Positions 58,173 through 64,000 of a stretch of 64,000 nucleotides of DNA are shown piece by piece (position 1 is the first letter of the stretch; every line of letters begins with the position of its first letter). Source of the stretch: Eledone cirrhosa. Taxonomy: Eukaryota. The stretch is taken from contig OZ024740.1 of the NCBI GenBank assembly GCA_964016885.1, positions 199,454,001 to 199,518,000 of the forward strand, given 5' to 3'. A model generated the notes under the pieces. The model did no database searches, was not told where the DNA came from, and saw only the letters and a program-made list of their open reading frames with translations. The position numbers and the translations under genes are program-made.

Positions 58173-58237
58173 TATTTTGTCTGATGAAGGCATACCATAA
58201 TTTAATTTGGTATCCCTGAAATATGTATAACGAAATA
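58173..58237 (+). ncRNA. Type I hammerhead ribozyme
   Basis: tattttgt-CTGATGA-AGGcATACCA-taatttaatt-TGGTATcCCT-GAAA-TATGTA-TA-acgaaata. Confidence 0.85.
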
Positions 58238-58365
58238 AATATGGTTTTATAAATATAGTTTCCATTTATTAATATCGTATATCTACTCCAAATACTTGTC
58301 GCGTGCTTCATATCAGTTATAAAAATATTTACCTGGTGTATCCCAACAATTTTAAATAGAACTTT

Positions 58366-58548
<183 letters not shown>

Positions 58549-58571
58549 AAAGTTAACTCGAATATCAAGTC

Positions 58572-59031
58572 TGAAATGTGTGTGTATTACAACTCCTAAT
58601 ATATCGGAAAAACCTGTACGCAAGGGAGTTGTTAAGTCAGCAAAATGCCGTCAATGCCCGCGTCGGGCGAAATGTATCACGAACGATAGGAATAAAAGAA
58701 ACCCCTTCTCATTCATCCCTTTTTACCCGCTGAATTCTATGTTATTTGGAATACATTATTGCACTTTTGGATATTTTGAAGTCAGTGTCTTGATTCAATA
58801 GATGTAACAGCCAACTGTCCCCACAGAGTTCAGGCAATATTTTAAATGTTATCTTTCCATTGACTCAACATCCCAATTTTTAGGACCACAGTTCGGAAAA
58901 CTTTTGTTCAAATTAAAGGGTCTTGATTTGGATTTTAACTAAAAGCAGCAAACCTTCACACGGAAACTTTTTTAAATGTAAATCTACCGTTCTTTCTCTC
59001 TGGTTACATAACATTTGAGTTGTTTGTGCTT
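58572..59031. repeat. ~460-bp dispersed repeat, copy 2
   Basis: Matches 56781-57241. Confidence 0.9.
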
Positions 59032-60514
59032 CAGTATCTTCATGCAGTCTTGGAGCTGCTATAATTATCTCCATTTGCTGCCTTGATGATGTTCGTTCAT
59101 CTGATATGTCTTGACGAAAAGTTGCTTTCATTGTTCTATCCTCAGCCAGCATTTTCTAGCTTTGTTCCACTAGTATATTTTGCCGATATTTCACTGTTGT
59201 TTTTCTTTTATTTTGGCGTCTTTCTTACCGCTGCTGCTTTGCCATAGCTGTATGAGTCTACCTTTAAAATGAAGGAGTATTCTTCGGCGGAATCTTTTGC
59301 TTGCAGATTCCAGTGTCACTATGATTTATCTAAATACTTTTCTCTATAAATGATGTATCTAAATCGAGGCAAGTTACATTGAATGAGGAATCGCGCCATT
59401 AACTTTCTTGTATTTTTCAGTAGGAATAACGAAAACGTAACGGAAATAAATATGCAAAAACATATTACAGATTTTTAGTAGTGTTTCTATTAATTAAATA
59501 AAACCCCCACAATTTTATGAGAGGCTGGTATACACACACACACACATATATACACAGGGTGCTACATACGAAGATGTGGCATATATACACACTCGGGAAA
59601 GGTATGAAGAAGATAGTGGTAGGAATCTCTCAGGAGGGCTGGATAGACGAAGGTCTTCAGAGAAGAAAACCCCTCTCAATCAAATGTTCGGCCCTTAACT
59701 ACTCACTCTCTAACGGGACCGGGCTGCTTCTAGTTCTTTACTTCTGTGTGTCGTTTTACTGGCAGTTAGCTATTTGGATAATGGAGACTTGTGTATATAA
59801 ACCGCATGTCGATTTGTTGACAGGATCTAGCAGCAAATCCGCTTCGATGTCTCTGCTTTCAAACTTATATCTAGAAGATTTCTTGAGTTTGGAAAAAGTA
59901 AATTTGGTTGTCATAGTAAAGGTGAGGCGTCAATAGTATCACCCCCTCTGTCAACTACACCACAACTTGCTGAAAGTTAATTCCCTTAGCGTGCATTAAC
60001 ATAAAAAAAAACAATGCCCTCAAACGATACGGTGGTCGTTTTTGTTCACAAGTTAAATGTGAAGTAGGGTATGACATATACACACACGGGAGGGATAAAG
60101 ACTGTATGACAAAATATGCAGCAGCCTGTAGAAGAGAGAATGCTTTTCGATATTAAAGCACGCGTGTGTTACTTTACGTTACTAACTTGTTTTAGTAGTA
60201 CCTCATTTCTTGGAAGAGAAAGATAGGAGCACATTCAATACTGAAGCAAGCGTGTGTGTTGCGTTAGTGTCGGGTAATATGTCGAATGCGTTAGCTCACT
60301 TTCTTCGCTTGCTTTACCTTAGTTTTTTTCCACAGGAATGCTTATCTCCAGCTTTGGCTTTTGACGCTCTTTTTAATTTCAAGTGTGCTGACTTTCTCTC
60401 GAATTCTCAGTTCTTCATTCTGTATATTTGTTGTCACATTCCGTCGTAGTGAAAACGTTAACTCATGAGGCCCACTGTTGTAACACATTGACAAACAGAC
60501 AAACAATGAGCTAT

Positions 60515-60578
<64 letters not shown>

Positions 60579-61402
60579 CACATACACACACACACACACA
60601 CACACAACCCCCCACACACACATACACCCCCCACACACATATACACACACACACATGTATATAGTAAGCTATGCACCATCACTTTTGAAATGTAATAACA
60701 GAGGCGACAAACAAATAGCTATAGTTTTTTTTCTATGCTTCAATTTGTTTCCTTCATTTATTCATCATTTTAATGAAACAATTTTTGTAGATTCCTGTTA
60801 TTTGTTGTATAAACATGAAAATATTTGTCATATCTAACAAAAATTACGACATGAAAAGCGACTAAAATAAAATGATTCAGTCGAGTGTCATACACAAAGG
60901 AAACAACGTGATTTAGAAAGTGATAGTGAGAGGGGAGGAAATTTAGAGAGGGAAGACAAGGAAAGCGATAACGGGAAGTAGAAAGATCGAATGTGAGCAT
61001 ATATTTTTTCCATATATTTAGGCTCCATAAGAAATGATACTGTCACACACAATCCTATATAAACCCACTTGCACCCACACACAGACATATGCTTATATAT
61101 ATATGTATGTATATGTGTATATAAATAAATATATAAATATCTATCTATCTATTTAACTATCTCTATATATATATAGATATTTGTTTATATTTATATATAA
61201 GTATGTATACGTACATACACATATGTATACAGACGTACAGTAGTATGTATATATATATACATACATGCACACATATATATATGTACGTATGGATTCACCA
61301 AACATTTATTATAATGCTCGGTGTGTTTGTAAACAAACATCCCGTATTAAGCCGTAGTGTCTAGCAACCATCGTTGCTCGTTTGTTCAACACTGACAAAG
61401 GA

Positions 61403-61445
61403 ACGCTGTACGAGTTTCAAGCTTGTTAGCTATCGTCAGCAACGT
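61403..61445 (-). ncRNA. Hammerhead ribozyme (429-bp family, copy 3)
   Basis: Reverse complement: acgttg-CTGACGA-T-AGCT-aaca-AGCT-T-GAAA-CTCG-TA-cagcgt. Confidence 0.8.
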
Positions 61446-61994
61446 ATACCTTCCTGCCAGATAGTTGAACGTCCGAAAGTATATACTTTCCTTATGCATA
61501 TTAACGGCTGAGTAGCCCAATTTGCATATCGAGTGGGTTAATCGGCCGGGTGCACCAAAAATGATAAATGGGAAAAATGAAACGAAATTTCATTTACCAC
61601 TCTTAGTACGGCTGTTACTTAAATATAAGTATGTATACGTACATACATATATGTAGACAGCCGTACAGTAGTATGTATATATACATACATGCACACATAT
61701 ATATATGTACATATGGATACACCAAACATTTATTATAATGCTCGGTGTGTTTGTAAACAATCATCCCGTATTAAGCCGTCTGTATACATATATGTATGTA
61801 CGTATACATACTTATATTTAAGTAACAGCCGTACTAAGAGTGGGAAATGAAATTTCGTTTCATTTGTTTCCGTTTATCTTTTCGCTGCACCCAGCCGATT
61901 AACCCACTCGATATGCAAATTGGACTACGCAGCCGTTAATATGCACAAGGAAAGTATATACTTACGGACGTTCAACTATCTGGCAGGAAGGTAT

Positions 61995-62037
61995 ACGTTG
62001 CTGACGATAGCTACCAAGCTTGAAACTAGTACAGCGT
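61995..62037 (+). ncRNA. Hammerhead ribozyme (429-bp family, copy 4)
   Basis: acgttg-CTGACGA-T-AGCT-acca-AGCT-T-GAAA-CTAG-TA-cagcgt. Confidence 0.85.
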
Positions 62038-62324
62038 TCCTTTGTCAGTGTTGAACAAACGAGCAACGGTGGTTGCTAGACACTACGGCTTAATACGGGA
62101 TCTTTGTTTACAAACACACCGAGCATTATAATATATGTTTGGTGAATCCATACATACATATATATATATGTGTGCATGTATGTATATATATATATACATA
62201 CAACTGTACGTCTGTATACATATATGTATGTACGTATACATACTTATATTTAAGTAACAGCCGTACTAAGAGTTGGAAATGAAATTTCGTTTCATTTTTT
62301 CCGTCTATAATATATATATATACG

Positions 62325-62640
62325 GAAATATTTCTTGATAACATCTACTATGACACCATATAGACTTCTATGGTCTCCAGCAGCTTATTAAAGAGCTAGG
62401 GGCCTATGAATCCCAGTCTATTTCAGTATATATTCCTTACTTTAGATGCGAAAGAATGGACATTTAGCATTTCACAATGTTGTCGTGTTCGAACCATTAT
62501 CCTGCTCTCGAATGTTTGCAATTATTGGAATTATTACATGATTCCTGTGTCTAATGATTGTTGATGTCTCTGCTGAATACAGGTGGTAGAATTGAAGCGG
62601 TACATTTCGGGGCAGATTTTGTGTTCCCACAGTAAGAGAT
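62325..62640 (-). pseudogene. Decayed CR1/L2-like LINE ORF2 C-terminal fragment
   Basis: Reverse complement reads LGFIGP*LFNKLLETI, then after a frameshift RSLYGVIVDVIKK; resembles the GPxLFNxLP..IR..VD.FK motif. Confidence 0.4.
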
Positions 62641-62793
62641 TTATACATTATTCAACGTATCGTGCCCAATGTGGGTTTTAAATTACTTTTTAAAACGTGC
62701 GATGTTTCTAAATTCAACGAGTGAGCGGATAGTGACAGACCTTGAGGGTATCAACACGGATAGCTCATTATATTTACTTTAATTTATGAATAC

Positions 62794-62889
<96 letters not shown>

Positions 62890-62913
62890 ATAGAGGTGTA
62901 ACACACAAGTTAT

Positions 62914-63149
<236 letters not shown>

Positions 63150-63817
63150 ATATATATATAAACATATATATTAACGGCCTCGCGGCCTTTGATCCGGCTT
63201 CCACTTTGCTCAAATAACTCACCTATTTTCATCTGTCATAATGTCCATTTTGTTTAGAAAAAAGATGTTAAAAGATATTAAAATATTTCATGACATACTG
63301 AAAAAAAATATGTCGAGTACCTAAATACAAAAAATACTAACGAAAATAATAGAAACATGTATTTTACAAAAATAATAAAAGTGTTATAGAAATTCAGTAT
63401 ATAGAATGATTTTAGAGTAGATAGGACTATAGGTCTGGCTCCCTCCCTGGCTATGTTACACGTGCATCTAAACTTTGTAAAATGTAATTTTAAATACATT
63501 TTATTATAGATTTTAAAAATTATTTCAAAAGTTTATATTTTATTTGCATGTTTTCGCTTATTAACTTTCTTAACTATTTATGATATATGCTTTTTAAATG
63601 TACTTAATTTATTTGTAACAGCATGGTTTTTATTTTTATTGCTTTTATCTGCTCCTATTTTTTATTGCATTTATCTGCATAAGATTTTTCCGCCTCTATT
63701 ACTTCATATAAACTATGATGCTTATCCTTATGTCTCCTCCTAAGGTTTTTGTGATAAAGTTTTGATCTTATATTTGTGTTTGACATTTGTTATGGCATTG
63801 AATGGCATTGTATATAT

Positions 63818-63921
<104 letters not shown>

Positions 63922-64000
63922 TGGGTTGTGCATCTTTTGTTGTTGTATGATACATGCGGGTCAGAACAAGGTAAGAAGAAGAAGCAATAGCAAGCTGAGC

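Larger units (their letters stand above)
61197..62305. mobile_element. Second array of the 429-bp retrozyme-like family, inverted (~1.35 units minus, ~1.2 units plus)
   Basis: Orientation switches at ~61777; hammerheads at 61403-61445 (-) and 61995-62037 (+). Confidence 0.85.

Noticed and set aside
59517-59936. 139-aa ORF, or a possible minus-strand GIY-YIG remnant
   Set aside because: It starts in a microsatellite and the similarity is too weak to call

Overview
AT-rich, microsatellite-saturated eukaryotic DNA with no recognisable host gene. The SINE types and repeat density suggest an octopus or other coleoid cephalopod (inference). Most long ORFs in the track are (TA)n/(CA)n artefacts. 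The window is a transposon graveyard: Penelope-like elements (PLEs) of two clades, including a near-full-length degenerate copy at 36.8-42.7 kb with an inverted tandem array beside it; a DD37D maT transposon; a mariner; an internally deleted Helitron; RTE, R4/Dong-like and CR1-like LINE fragments; and many tRNA-derived SINEs. The main hidden signal is RNA-level: about 16 recognisable minimal type I hammerhead ribozyme motifs, plus 2 degenerate ones, from at least 8 unrelated repeat families. They include a non-coding 429-bp tandem repeat with one hammerhead per monomer (retrozyme-like), U3:A8 core variants in PLE pseudo-LTRs, and small TA-flanked fold-back elements. Most have a family-specific palindromic stem III. 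All calls come from manual reading; no database searches were run.
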